64,000 nt of DNA from Octopus bimaculoides. Taxonomy: Eukaryota. The translations under genes were made by a program, and so were the position numbers. The stretch spans positions 64,993,751-65,057,750 of the forward strand of contig NC_068987.1 in assembly GCF_001194135.2 (NCBI RefSeq), in the 5' to 3' direction. This document shows, in pieces, positions 12,718 through 25,588 of this stretch. Position 1 is the first letter of the stretch; every line of letters begins with the position of its first letter. The notes beneath the pieces are model-generated. The model was not told the DNA's origin, made no database searches, and saw only the letters and a list, made by a program, of their open reading frames with translations.

Positions 12718-13094
12718 TAAATCCAGTAATGTGCACAACTCTTTTATAATAATATTTTGTTGTATACCCAATTGAATATTAGCTAATAACCCATTTTCTA
12801 TAGCGATGTTTGAACAAAAATTTAAATAATTTTATATTTTGTTGAATTTACCTGTAATTAAAGTCACTTTGTGACAAAAATTTTGGTATAGAATTGGTTG
12901 AGAACCTTTCGTTAATTTATCTTCCAAAAATCACATTAATATGTTGATAAATAAAAAAGTTAGAGTTGTTTAATGAAACCAGCCTAAATTTATGATTATG
13001 TTAGAAATTAATTGAAACACATAAGGGGTGTAATTTGGTTAGAAATATGGTAACGAAAGGGTTAAGTCCATTATCACTATTTAAGTAGAGCTTA

Positions 13095-13400
13095 ACCTCC
13101 TGACTCCATGACAGTCTTTTCCATATTGTCTTATCTGCTACATCCTACTTACACTCTTGGCCTTATTTCCTTCTCCATCATCTTTCTCGGTCTTCATTAC
13201 CCAGTCATGTTCATCCTTCTTCAGCACATGGCTCAGCCATTTCATCCCATTTCTCTTTGCAATTTACATCATTGGTTATATTCCCATCATCTTCTACAAT
13301 TCACAATGCCTTTCTCTCTGTCAAATAATACTCAACTCATCCAGTGAACCTTTCTCATTTTTGATCTTCCCCACTGTAAATCATTTTATTTCTTACATAT
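13095..13400 (-). mobile_element. Old RTE LINE RT C-terminal remnant
   Basis: Minus translation KRNGMKWLSHVLKKDEHDWVMK resembles RTE 'RLRWYGHVLRKD..DWVKK'. Confidence 0.6.
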
Positions 13401-13440
13401 ACATTTTCCTTCAGTTTTAGTGAAGTTCAAGGAAGAACCT

Positions 13441-13660
13441 TTTACCTTTTACTTGTTTCAGTCATTAGACTGTGGCCATACTGGGGCAGTGCTTTGAAGG
13501 GTTTTAGTTGAATGAATTGACCTTAGAGCTTATATTTTTTTAATCCTGGTACTTTTTCTATCAGTCTCTTATGCCACACTTCTAAGTTATGGGAACATAA
13601 ACAAACCAACACTAATTGTCAAGCAGCGGTGGAAGACAAATACATACACACACATGCATA
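13441..13660 (-). mobile_element. SINE family A, 3' half
   Basis: ttttacttgtttcagtcattagactgtggccatactgggg..ctaagttatgggaac..ttgtcaagc. Confidence 0.8.
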
Positions 13661-13759
13661 TTTACATTTATATATATGTAAGTGATTATAATCCAAGCTG
13701 TGTCCTCATGAAGCACGTCTGTATGTTTGCATTAATCAAATGTCTGTATATAGACACAG

Positions 13760-13851
13760 AAGTTTGGTGCAGTCTTCTGCTTGGCCAGCTTATGTCAAAC
13801 CATCCGACCCATGCCAGCATGGAAGGCGGATGTTAAACAATGATGATGATG
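13760..13851 (+). mobile_element. RTE 3' tail (family B) nested between the two halves of a family A SINE
   Basis: tggtgcagtcttctgcttggc..catccgacccatgccagcatggaaggcggatgttaaacaatgatgatgatg. Confidence 0.8.
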
Positions 13852-13974
13852 TTTTATTTTGAATGAGATGTACATAGCGATTGAAATTTCTTGTGAATTC
13901 TATTTGCAGAGTGTAATTACATATTTACATTTCAAAACAGAGATTGCAGACTTATCCAGTCTTTTGTTTGATAT

Positions 13975-14132
13975 GTGTATATAATGGGCTTCTTTCAGTT
14001 TCTGTGAATTCTGTAAATTCATTCACAAGCCTTTGGTCGGTCTGGGGCTGTAGTAGAAGACACCCAAGGTGCAATGCAGTGGGACTGAACACAGGACCAT
14101 GTAACTGGGAAGCAAACTTCTTACCAAACAGT
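13975..14132 (-). mobile_element. SINE family A, 5' half
   Basis: gggcttctttcagtttc..tagtagaagacacccaaggtgc..gcagtgggactgaac..gcaaacttcttacc. Confidence 0.8.
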
Positions 14133-15893
14133 CTTAACTAACATTTCTTTTAACAGTTTGTCAGAGTGCATAACTGGGTAAAATGATGCAGATAATGCCC
14201 AACATGGAATATTTGCTGTAAAACTATGGAGTGGAAGGGTGAAAAAAACTGGGGACCTGGTCTGAATACTTGCAACAAATGAAAACTCTACCCCCCCCCC
14301 CCAATGAAAAAAAACCCCCAATAAAGTGATTGTGGATTTTATGAACCAGCCAGGTGACTTATTTCATCTTACTTTTATATACTAAATAGTTAAATGGTAT
14401 TCTATAGGCAACTGCCATGTTTTATCACCCTCTTTTGTTTTAAATTTTCTTCAATGAGAAAGCAGGGATTATGCTCAAAGCTGTTACATAATTTTACACT
14501 GCAGTCATTGAGGTAACTGGTTGCACTTGTTGATGATCAAAGAGTGTTGGGTTTCTTGTGAGCTAGACGAATTTATTTCAGGACTGAACCATTATGGTTA
14601 TTGCATGATCAAGTGGGATTCTGTGGTTGTGATTGTGTGTGCATGCATGTGCACGTGTGCATATTCAAGGTCAGCTTGTGTGTGCATGTGGGAGCCATGT
14701 CTGTACATAAATACAGATAAACTTGCAGGAGTTTTTCAATGTGTGTATGTGTGTGTAAGTATGTAATTTGTGTGTGGTGGGTGTATGTAAGTAGATGCAA
14801 GTGTGTGTAGATGTTGTGGGTGTAAGAAAATGTGGGTATATGTGACATGGGTTGTAGACTGTGTGTATGTGCATGTATGTGTATCTGAACATGTGTAAAG
14901 AATTACTCAGATGTGGGTGGTGAATGGTAGATGGTATTGTTTTTTGGCATAGGATGTTAGTTCATAAGTAGTTTCTTTGTTTTAAATTGATAATATAGTA
15001 GAAAATTGTATTTGTGATTCTCAACATATGTCCATAGAAAAGTTTTGGTGGATTGGGGTGGGTGGATCATTGATAAGGTTTTTGTATTTGAGTACAAGGT
15101 CACTTTAAATATTGTCACTTGCTAACCTGCGTTGGTGTGTGTATGTGAGTTTGTGCATGAGTCTGTGTATGTATGACTTTGTGAGTTTGTGTGTATATTC
15201 ATGTTATCTTCATGTGTTCTGTGTGTGTGTGTGTGTGTGTGCTTGCACATGCATGTGTATATGTATGTGTGTGGGTGTGTGTGATATGCATTTCCACTAT
15301 CCTAGATAGACTAGGCCATATATTTTGTTTGGAGAATGTTTCCCAAATATGATTTGGCTAACAGTTGAACAGAGAAGTTTTGTCTAATAATTGATTGGAT
15401 AATCTCATTAATTAAAGATATCCAACTCACTATTAATTACATGTGGTGATGTATCACATTGAGGCTATATGCACCAGGCTTCTCATGAAGGTCCAACTTT
15501 TCATGGCATGAATACAAAACCAAAAAAAAAATAAAAGAAAATTTAACAACACTTATTCTAGTGCTGTTGACACTGTCAGATTGAACGGTTCTGCCCAGGT
15601 GTCAAAACCATGATATCCATGGGGCAGCTGATGATGGAGGTATGTTGGATTGTTGGCATGGCTGTTTTTGTATATGTGGAATAGTATTATAACGACATCC
15701 TTAATCCTGTGGGAATGACAAAGAGCTTCTCCAGTGGGCCCAGCTACCATACCACATAGTAACCCAATACAGAGGAGTATAATGTAGAGTTCTATGCTGC
15801 TGATATCCAGGCAATCCAATCTATGAAATTATTTCTTAAGGGTTGTATGGATCATAAAAAGTCAGGAGGTATGAGAGGTGAATATATTTATTT

Positions 15894-16630
15894 AAGTGCC
15901 ACACCCTAGAAGTTGAGGGAACCTGTGGAAGAGGTAGGCCCAGGAAGACCTGGGATGAGGTGGTGAGGCACGACCTTCGAACATTGGGCCTCACTGAGAT
16001 GATGACTTCTGACCGAGTCCTCTGGAAATATGCTGTGCGTGAGAAGACCCGGCAAGCCAAGTGAGACCTAAATCTAAGGCCTCAGCCAGCCCACTTATGC
16101 ATACTTTCCTTCATTGACACTAAACTCCACTTGCGAAGACCTGTTGAGGCAAGTGAATCGAAATCGAATTAAATTCGATGACTGGCACCCATGCCAACGT
16201 CATCTCCTTCATTGGACACGAAACTCAGCTTGCGAAGACCTGTTGGGGCAAGCGAAAGCGAAATCGTGATGGCACCTGTGCCCAGCGTTGCCTTTCTGGC
16301 ACTTGTGCCCGCGGCATGTGTAAGGACTTTCGAGTGAGATCGTTGCCAGTGCCCCTGGACTGGCTCTTGTGTGGGTGGCACGTAAAATACACCATTTTGA
16401 GCGTGGCCGTTGCCAGTACCGCCTGACTGGCCTTCGTGTCGGTGGCACGTAAAAGCACCCACTACACTCTCTGGGTGGTTGGCGTTAGGAAGGGCATCCA
16501 GCTGTAGAAACTCTGCCAAATCAGATTGGAGCCTGGTGTAGCCATCTGATTTCGCCAGTCCTCAGTCAAATCGTCCAACCCATGCTAGCATGGAAAGCGG
16601 ACGTTAAACGATGATGATGATGATGATGAT
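15894..16630 (+). mobile_element. 5'-truncated RTE-clade LINE (RT C-terminus, 3' UTR, (GAT)n tail)
   Basis: 15894-16064 reads uninterrupted KCHTLEVEGTCGRGRPRKTWDEVVRHDLRTLGLTEMMTSDRVLWKYAVREKTRQAK*; CpG-rich 3' UTR; ends acgttaaacgatgatgatgatgatgatgat. Confidence 0.93.
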
Positions 16631-16889
16631 ATTCATAAGATGATGGTTGTTTCACACCTTTTATCATGTAATAATAATTTCAGTGTATAATAAATTATCT
16701 TACATGTCTGCATCAACATGCATGCTACACATTGCACAGTACTATCATACATTTATAAACCAATGCAGATAAAGAAGGCTAGCTCTTCAGATCAACAGAA
16801 TATTATGGTAAAATCAATGCTTTAACTTGGCTGTATACAAACAAAATCAGGATGTAAATAAATATATTCACCTCTCATATCTCCTGACT

Positions 16890-17100
16890 TTTTATGATGT
16901 TGAACTGTTAACCTTTACACATTTTTTTCTATCTCCATTTTTTTTCATTCCCTCTCTGTGTTTTTTCTCTTAAATTCTTTCTGCCAAAGAGCATAGGCTC
17001 GGAACTTAAGAATTTTCCATTCTTCTTTAGTGTTACACTAACACACCTGCTTGTTGTTCTTTCACTTGTTTTCGTTTTTTGTTTTCTGTAAATTTGAACT
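16890..17100 (+). mobile_element. Unclassified repeat with a Penelope-like terminal motif
   Basis: ctgccaaagagcataggctcggaac resembles the CTGNNGA..GAAAC signature of Penelope-like pLTR ends; pyrimidine-rich flanks. Confidence 0.4.
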
Positions 17101-17499
17101 ACACACACACAAAGTTCTTTGTGTACAGTTAGCTATGTAATTGCTACTCGTGTATTTCGAACTCCACATAGTGTATTGTCATCCAGTCAGTTGGAAGCAA
17201 TGTGGTATGGTTATTACTATACTTATTAGTATTAGTCGTCATCAAATGCATGGCAAATATAGGAAAACTGTGATGATGATGACAATGACTTCACCCATTT
17301 CTGCTGTTGTTGTTTAAAGCAGGATAAGCTATGCTAGCTATAGTTATCATGCTGAGCATCAGGCCATATTGAATGTTATATATTGGAGATTGGAGAACAG
17401 AGTGAAGTGTAGTGAAATGTGTAATTCCAGGTGAAATGCATCTCAATTGCAGCTGCATTGCTTATGCATGACCCTATCACAGGTTAGAATATAGGCTTA

Positions 17500-17759
17500 C
17501 TTTCTTTTACTTGTTTCAGTCATTGTAGTGTGGTCATGCTGGGGCACCACCTTGACGGATTTAGTTGAACAAATCACCCCTCATTACTTATTTTAAGTCT
17601 GGTACTTATTCTGACAGTCTCTTTTGCAGAACTGCTAAGTTATGGGAACCTTAGCAAACCAACACTGATTGTCAAGCAATGGTGGAGACAAACACAGACA
17701 CACACATACACATATATATGCATGCGTGTGTGTGTATGTGCACACACACACACACACGT

Positions 17760-17808
<49 letters not shown>

Positions 17809-17960
17809 CATACATATATTCTTTAAGTTTCCATCTACTCACAAAGTTTTGGTCATTTCAGAGTTACAGGAGAAGACGCTTGTCCAAAGTGCCATGCAGT
17901 GAGACTTGAACCCAAGACCATATGGGAAGCAAGCTTCTTAATCACACAGCCATACCTGCA
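17500..17960 (-). mobile_element. SINE family A, full length, expanded internal microsatellite
   Basis: Tail cttttacttgtttcagtcat; (CA)/(TA) linker 17697-17815; head gcttcttaatcacacagccatacctgc. Confidence 0.88.
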
Positions 17961-19174
17961 CATATCTGACTTGCTAAAAAGTTTTCACATCAACATGAAA
18001 TTTGCAACCATATGATTATGATGTGAAGTCCTCAGCCGCTTGGCCATGTCTTTGCTTATTTGGGTCTTAACATTCAGTTGTCTGTGTATTGGTTCACTTA
18101 GATGTGACAGTATAAGGTACCAGATTTTCTGGTAATGTTACATGAAATTGGCTGGTCATAATCATCTAGTGAAAGAGACGATACGTTATATTTATCTCTT
18201 GTATACTATATCATGAAATTTGATCCGAGTGTCAACTATTCAAATCACTGCTTTTCCATCTCAGAAATCATGTACATTTTAACACCTGGATAGCTTTCTT
18301 TACTTTACTGGTTGTGACTTGTGTGTGTGTGCATGCATGTGTGTAAGATCTTGCCTGTGCAAGTTTGTGTTTATATATATGTATATATTTGCTTGTATCT
18401 GTGTTTGTGTATATCTATAAGTCTCTGTGTGTCAACTCTAGTGTAGGTCAGTGCATATTTATTGCTTCATAAATATATTTACAACTGTTCATGTCTGAAA
18501 TATTTTCTGGCTTCATCAGAGGAGACTCAACATTTGTGATGCAATCTTGGCTCTCTGGTAAATGGAGTGTTTCCTTAAGTTGTCAGAGATTGTTAGCCAA
18601 TAAAATATGAGAAATGTTTGGGCAGCCTGTGTTGTTGTTGTTAATGAGGTGTGATTGGTTCTTAATTTTTTTTTTTTTTTTTCGTATTTCCTCTTGTTCA
18701 CCATTCTGACTTCAACCTTTTCTTGCATATAGCAAAAAACCCCGCCAAAAAACGAAAAGCAAAACAAACTACCAAAAAAATTTTAAAAAACAACCTGTAT
18801 ATAAGACAATTTATTTTACGTAATGTTACTAGTGTTAGCATTATTAGCATTCTTAAAAAATCAACATTAAAGAAAATAAGATACATGCAAAAAAGAACAA
18901 AGGAAAGCACTTGAAATAATGGTAAAGAATTTTTCCATATAAAAACAAATGTCCCACTGGAATCTTTAGTTTTCTTTCTGGAATCCTAACATTTATCCTT
19001 GGTGGGGAAATTTCCCTGCCTGGTTAAAAAATAGGGTGTTATCTATCATACAGGATGATTCCCATTGAACTGTGTCAGTGACTGTTTGATTCCTGATTAA
19101 TCCAGCACAATTCACTTCTCTCTTCATTTGCTTTTTTTGTTCTTTTTCGTTTAGTCCCAGGTTAGCCCTAGTGA

Positions 19175-19386
19175 AGCTCTGCTAAGTTACGGAGATGTAA
19201 ACAAACCAACTCTGGTTGTCAAGCAGTGTTGGGGACAAACATATACATCATGTATCTTCCACACAGTTTCCACCCACCAAATTCAGGTCAGCCTAGATCT
19301 TTAATAAAAGACACTTGCCCAAGGTGCCATGCAGTGGGACGGAACTCCAAACCAGCAAGCTTCTTAATCACACACCTTTGCCTGCA
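19175..19386 (-). mobile_element. SINE family A, partial
   Basis: gctaagttacggagatgtaaacaaaccaac..gacacttgcccaaggtgccatgcagtgggac..cacacc. Confidence 0.8.
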
Positions 19387-22300
19387 TTTATGATACTCAA
19401 AATCCACTTCAGTGTAGTTTAGATGCTATTTCTGGTAAGTTCAGTAATGGATTTATAGTGTTTGTCAACAACATGAGGAAGAATTAGTTCTGCTAACCTA
19501 AATTACTTTTCATACACCATATAAAACTGAAACCTTCAGTGTTAACCCCTAAAACTTATTAAGGATCATGACCTATTTTTATTTCACTATTTACTATGGG
19601 GATGTAGTGTTTGTAGGGTTGTTTCTTTGAAAAGTTGTTTCCTAGCGTGTTAGTGGTCATGGGTGAAGTTGGTGTTAGGTTGATCTTACAGAACAAAATA
19701 TTTTGGTATTTGGCAGGTTTAATGTTGCTCTGGCTCATAATTCTAACCCCCAGATCACTCCTGTTGGAGGAAACCTATGTTCAAAAACATTTTAATCATG
19801 AACACCTTATTTTTATAAGCTTAATTAATCTTGAACTATATTATCCATTATGTGGTTTTCTTGTTTTTGAAACTGATAGTTATTTGAGAGAGATTTAATT
19901 GATATTTTTAGCAGGACAAGCCACCACTTTGCGCGTGTTTTAGCAGGGGTTATGGTGTTAGATCCTCAATACATTTCATTTCCCTGATACAAGGTGGTGA
20001 GTGAAAGAAAATGATAGAATTTAGTTCAAATGAAGCATTAGTAAAGCAACACTCCCACAAACCCCACTCAAACAAAAAATGTTTGTGAACTTAGGTAGGG
20101 AGAAAAGTTGTGAAATATAAGCCCCTTAAATGTATGATCATCTAGTTTTATGAGGAAATATAAGAATTATGTAGAATAATTGAAGTATAAAAATGTTTGC
20201 AATTTTAGATTAGAAGGTTAACTCTTGAGTAAAGAAGGACTATGATCTGGTTTTAACTCCTGATACGAGTTATATGTCATGGTTCAGTATTCCCTGCAAC
20301 TGTGCTAAATGTTCATTCATGCAACATTAGGGTTCTCGTTGCGCTAGATCCAGTCAACTCTGCTTGAGAAAATCTATTGTTCAGAGGCAAACAACATATT
20401 GGGTATATTGAAATTGCAGTTTAGTAAATAAGAGCATTGAAAATTCAAAGGAATACGCTTACCTTGAAGCAAATTAATATTCTGATTGAACTTGTAGCAT
20501 AGAAACGATATATTCATTTTGAATTTAAAAAAAGTTGTATGTGCATATATAAGACATCCAAAGGTAGTCAGGAAATACATTGATTTAATCATGATATTGA
20601 GAGATTAAATCAAGACAAAATTAAAATTTCACGAATCTGTTCTGCCATAAAAAAACGTTTTGGCTAGTCCAAAATGTGCCCAAATTGAGTAACCCTATGA
20701 TCATAAGTGTTCCAGCCATTAAGATTTCAGCTGTTATTTTCAGATATGTTATGTCTATGAACTTTACATTATTAATGTGTCACGGGGGAGATTTAACCAC
20801 TATTTCTAGAGAAAGAAAAGCAATTTATTTACTGCCTAGCACATTGCAACTTTCTCAATAAGGGATCAACACTAATGACTTAGTTTTTTGTTTTCTGAAA
20901 TATTTTCTTGTTCTATATTTTTTTAATATATTTAATGTGTAACTGATATCAAAATTAAATTACATCTATGACATACCATAAAAGCATAATTAGTGTTCAA
21001 ACAAAAACTTCACTTGTCTGTTGATCACATGATATGTCAGCATTCTTTCTATCCAGTCAGGTATCAGTTTGTTGGTTGCTCAGTGTTATGTGTATAAGTA
21101 CATACTCAGCCTTTTAAAATATTTTACTTTAATAGTTTCAGAAGAAAGGAAGAAAGCCTTCTGTAACTGATTGTATTGATGTGGTTGTTGCTCAGCTTTA
21201 ACAACTGCAAGTCAACCCATTTGGAGAAAGATGATTGCTAAGGGAATTGCAAGGGGTTGACATCTTGTAGAGGAAGTATTGGGGAAATTGGCTTGTGTTG
21301 GAACTTGAGGAGAGAGGGACAAGAAGAAGAGTCTCAGGTGAGGTTGGAGAGATGTCACATGTAACTAAATTGCTCTGAGGTGTAGATGCTGTTACAGTAG
21401 TGGTAGAAGACAACACATATGGGTCTGTGGTGTGGGCTAGAGGATGGTGTATATTAATTAGTGGGTCCTTCCTAACAGCTGGTTAGCTTTTGCTGGCTGC
21501 TCCACTATATATATGTGTGTGCAGACACTGTTAGAACAAGTTTGTGTGCTTTGGTTGCTTATTATGTCATCACTTGTCACATCAGACCTTCTCTCTCTTC
21601 AGCTTTCCCTAAAAGACCCTCATCCACAGTTGTCACTTTCTAGCCTTTATTGTTTTGTTTATACCTCAATTATGAGGAGGGATCATACCCCATGATCTTT
21701 GCAGATCCTACTCCCATGAGTGCATGTGCCCTCTTTTACTTCATTGTATAATACACGATATGATCTGAATTAAAAAAAGAAGCCTACTCCTATTTTAACT
21801 ACTTTGGTTGGCATTGTTTTGTCATTACCATTGTAGTGAATATTTCTCCCATCCTTGTCTTATTGCCTTTGCTGTTTCTTCTATCCCTCCTCCTCCTCTC
21901 TCTCTCTCTAGCATTACTATTTTACTTATTATTTCTCTTCTATCTTTTCCTCTTCTCACCTCTAGCTTGTTCTTCAATAGAACAAGGAAGGATAAGTAAA
22001 AGTATAAATTACTGTTTAGCTGAAAGGTAAGTTCTTTTCAGATTCAGAAAGCAACTGTAACCTGCTTTTGATTTTGTGTGTGTGTTTCTTTGTGTCACTT
22101 TGTGCCAGTGTCTTTAAGAAAAGGAACAACTGTCACACTGCATGCTTGCTTTCCTTTTTCCTATAAATCTGGTGCATTCTGCCAAGTCAAAAGAAACCAG
22201 TCGATATTTATGAAGAAGAATAATGAAGTTGGTAGAAAGGATTGATTGCTGAAGTAAATGATTTAGTATATTTAATTTCATCTGTCTGGTTTATAGTTTC

Positions 22301-23764
22301 AAATCCTTCTAGCATCAAGTTTGCTCTTAATCTTATTGGATAATTATTTTCATACTCATGAGTGTTATAATGTTTTTTTTTTAATTTTAATTTTTGGTGA
22401 TGCAAACATCATTCTTGTTGGGCATTTCCCTGCTTTTTACTAACTTAATAATTTCAATGTTAACACTCAGTAGCATGAGCAATTTTAGAATCTTTGAGTA
22501 CAAGAAACACAGTGTCTTTAATAAACAACTTGAAAAATTTAAATAAAATATAAGCAATTAGTCATCTAGCTAGGTTCAGGTACTTTAATTGATATCATTT
22601 TAAAAATGAAAATACAATTTTTTAAACTTGGAGATAGCAAAAGTCTGTTGAATATATTTCTCCTTAAGTAAAAGTAAAGAACTAAATCTGTTCTTTTCTC
22701 CTATTGATTTTTAAGAGAAACACCTTTTTAAACTTTTAACCCTTTGAATTCTCAAGCCACATGATCTGACTATCTAGTTTACTTTTTCAATTCAAACTCA
22801 TTAAAGGGTTTTTTTTTGGTTCTTTTCTTTTCTATTTCTTTTTTTTTTTGTTCTTTACCTTTTACCTACCGTTGATTGCATCTTCCTTCTGTTTTGTTTC
22901 CTTCTAAGTAGGACACTAATGTGTTCTCTGAGTTTGCTTCCACTCCCTCAATAAATCTACTTGATTCACTCACCTACTTCTGTATCTCATCTGACAAACC
23001 TTATGCTTAAAACTCTTTATCTAGTCCTCCTCTACTATAACATCTGCTTGGAATTACTATACCACTCAATGTATCTTCAGATATTCACCTGAATATTAAT
23101 TCCACTCACTCCACCTTACTTTTTCCCAGTCTAGGAGGGTCTTTCAAAAGATTATCAATTTTTCATCTTCTTCAAACTTGCAAATAAAGTGTGAAAATAG
23201 AACCTTTGATACTTTGCATGTGATTTTCAGACTGACATGTCTGCGTCAACAAAGTATCTGCAAGCTAATGATAGAAACTCTACATTGTTACTAGAAATAG
23301 TAGGCAAATCTCTTTCAACTAATATTCTATCTTGTTAAATTAAAGGACACATTAATATGTTCATAAATTCATGGTCTGAATAAAGATTTGACAGTCCCAC
23401 TTACAACACTTTTGATTATAGATATTATATTCTACCAGGGTTGACTTGGGGCTAAACAATGATTGCAGCAAATAAAGTGTAGCAACAGACAAAGAACAGG
23501 ATAAATTAGCACTCACTTGGTCAAGTAGAAACTTGATTGAATAGAATTCTCTGACAAATAAAAGAAATTATCTCTGAATTGTAGCAGTTGGAATTTTCCA
23601 TTAACAAAAAAAAATTTTTTTAAATTTTTTGTTGAACAGATTTTGTTTCTAAATGGTTGTCATGTTTCCATGTAATTAGTTATGAATGCCTTGAAACCAT
23701 CTGTTTTAACATGTTTTCCACCGATCACAGTCACTGTTATAGAGATTATCTATGAGGCAATGAA

Positions 23765-23970
23765 TGAACACTGCTATGTGGTTGCTAGACCTGCTGAAAT
23801 AGCTGAATAGTTAAACTATCCTCAGATAATACCGTGTCATTTTGAAATGAGTTGGACATTCATTAATGTAGTCTTAGATATGCAATCTTAGGGATAAAAA
23901 TAAAGAGATAGGATGAGCAGAGCCTTTTAACCTAGGTTTGTTCAATCAGTATTGACCTGGGATTAAGTGT
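23765..23970 (+). mobile_element. Retroposon family D
   Basis: ctatgtggttgctagacctgctgaaatagc..aatgtagtcttagata..gacctgggattaa. Confidence 0.65.
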
Positions 23971-24269
23971 CATATATATTCGAGTAAGAAAGTTAGAGCA
24001 ACATAATTTATTTTTTTTCAAAATTCATGATAGTTACAATATATATATATTTTTAAATCTCTTTTTCAAGTGAGTTTGGATGTCTTCTAAGAAGCTGGTG
24101 GCTACTTCTGGTTGATATACTCTTAAAGTATACTGAAAGCCAAATCTCATCCCATGGATAGGACACCAGGCTTACCCATGTTGACTTTTCTTGTGGGCAC
24201 AACTGAACTCACCATTGCAATACTGCAAAACACTTCCTATTTTTTATAGCTAAACTGCTATTTGTGCTT

Positions 24270-24420
24270 CTGCTGTATGTATTTAATATATCACCTAGAA
24301 CATTGAAGGCCTTTGCCAGAGTCCATTCTGTTGCAAGAATTTGGGTTGTATCTCTGATCTGAGGATAGCTCCTCTTCCTCTCACCAAACTTAAAGATCTT
24401 GAAAAAAAAGCAATCTTGGA
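24270..24420 (-). mobile_element. Possible old LINE RT remnant
   Basis: Minus FKFGERKRSYPQIRDTTQIL..LAKAFNVL resembles non-LTR RT 'GFR.GRS..DQI...Q....DL.KAFD.V' with a deletion. Confidence 0.3.
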
Positions 24421-25588
24421 CTCTGCCCTTTCCTCTTATGGCTAAGACAAAAACGAAAGTGGGCTGGTACATTTAATAGTTAAATGTTGTGGACAGAAAT
24501 TCAAAGTAGGTTATGAATTCTGAGCTCCTTGCTACTTGTTCATTGGATTGTTCATTTAATATGTTTTGTTTTTCTGATGTTAGTTTGGGTTTGAATGGGG
24601 CTTTATTTGAAGCAAGATTTTATGGCATGATACTCTTCCTGTTTCCATTTGAGATGCTAGAAGTGAGTGACAAGTGGTTGATAGTTGACAGAATCAGAGA
24701 GAATGGAACATTTGGTAGTATATTTATTTGGGAATGGGACATACTGTCTGTATATTCCCAAAGAGAGAGAGAGATTAAAAGAGTTTGATAAGAATAAAGA
24801 TACATTTAATTTAGCATGTAGGGATTGGATGCAATTAAAATCAGTTTAGCATTGTCTTAGAGATTCCTGGAAGCATTTACATAACATTAAAACATCACAC
24901 ACACACTCATCTGCCCAATTATTCTGTCTTTTTCTCTTTCTCTCTCCTGCTCAATGTGTAGGTGTATCTGTTATGTCTAGATTCAATTGAACTGGGTCAA
25001 TATTTTTAATTTAGATTTTGCCTCAATTAGGTTAGTATTATTTTAGTTTGTGTTATTTGATGTTAATATGTTTCTTTATTTTCCTGTTCTGTTTTATCTT
25101 TTCAATTTTCATTTTATATCAAATATAGTTTTATATTTATCTTATTTAGTGTTGTTTTTGTGCTTATTTCTTTCAATTCACATCCTGACATATGTATTAT
25201 TGGATTGTATAAAAAAGAAAAAAAAAATATTATCATGTGCCTGAAATATGTTACTTGTAATTAAAGTTCTATTGAATAAGAATGCAGTCAGCCTATATAG
25301 GCAGGTAAATTAGAGAAATTTTTTCACTTTTGTTTCAAATTTTCTATTATGCAATTTATTTCTTTTATTATTTCATAGCTGGAAGTAGACATGTATTCTT
25401 AACTCACCACATACTATAAACTAGCACTATAAAGTCAGCCTATTTCTGAGACTGTATTCATAGGTTCTCTACTCTCATGGATACACATATACACTGAGTC
25501 TCCACTACTATGTATATATATATACATAAGACCATCTCTCTCTTCTCTAAATCCATCAAAACTTTTGATACACATATTTACATATATA

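Larger units (their letters stand above)
11472..13061 (+). mobile_element. piggyBac DNA transposon, both ends intact
   Basis: TTAA 11468-11471, TIR CCCTTTCGTTACCA 11472-11485; TGGTAACGAAAGGG 13048-13061, TTAA 13062-13065 (14/14 match); internal transposase remnant. Confidence 0.95.

Noticed and set aside
15545-15830. GC-richer block with an 88-aa minus ORF
   Set aside because: No recognisable motif or splice context in any frame I translated; it cannot be assigned without a database search.
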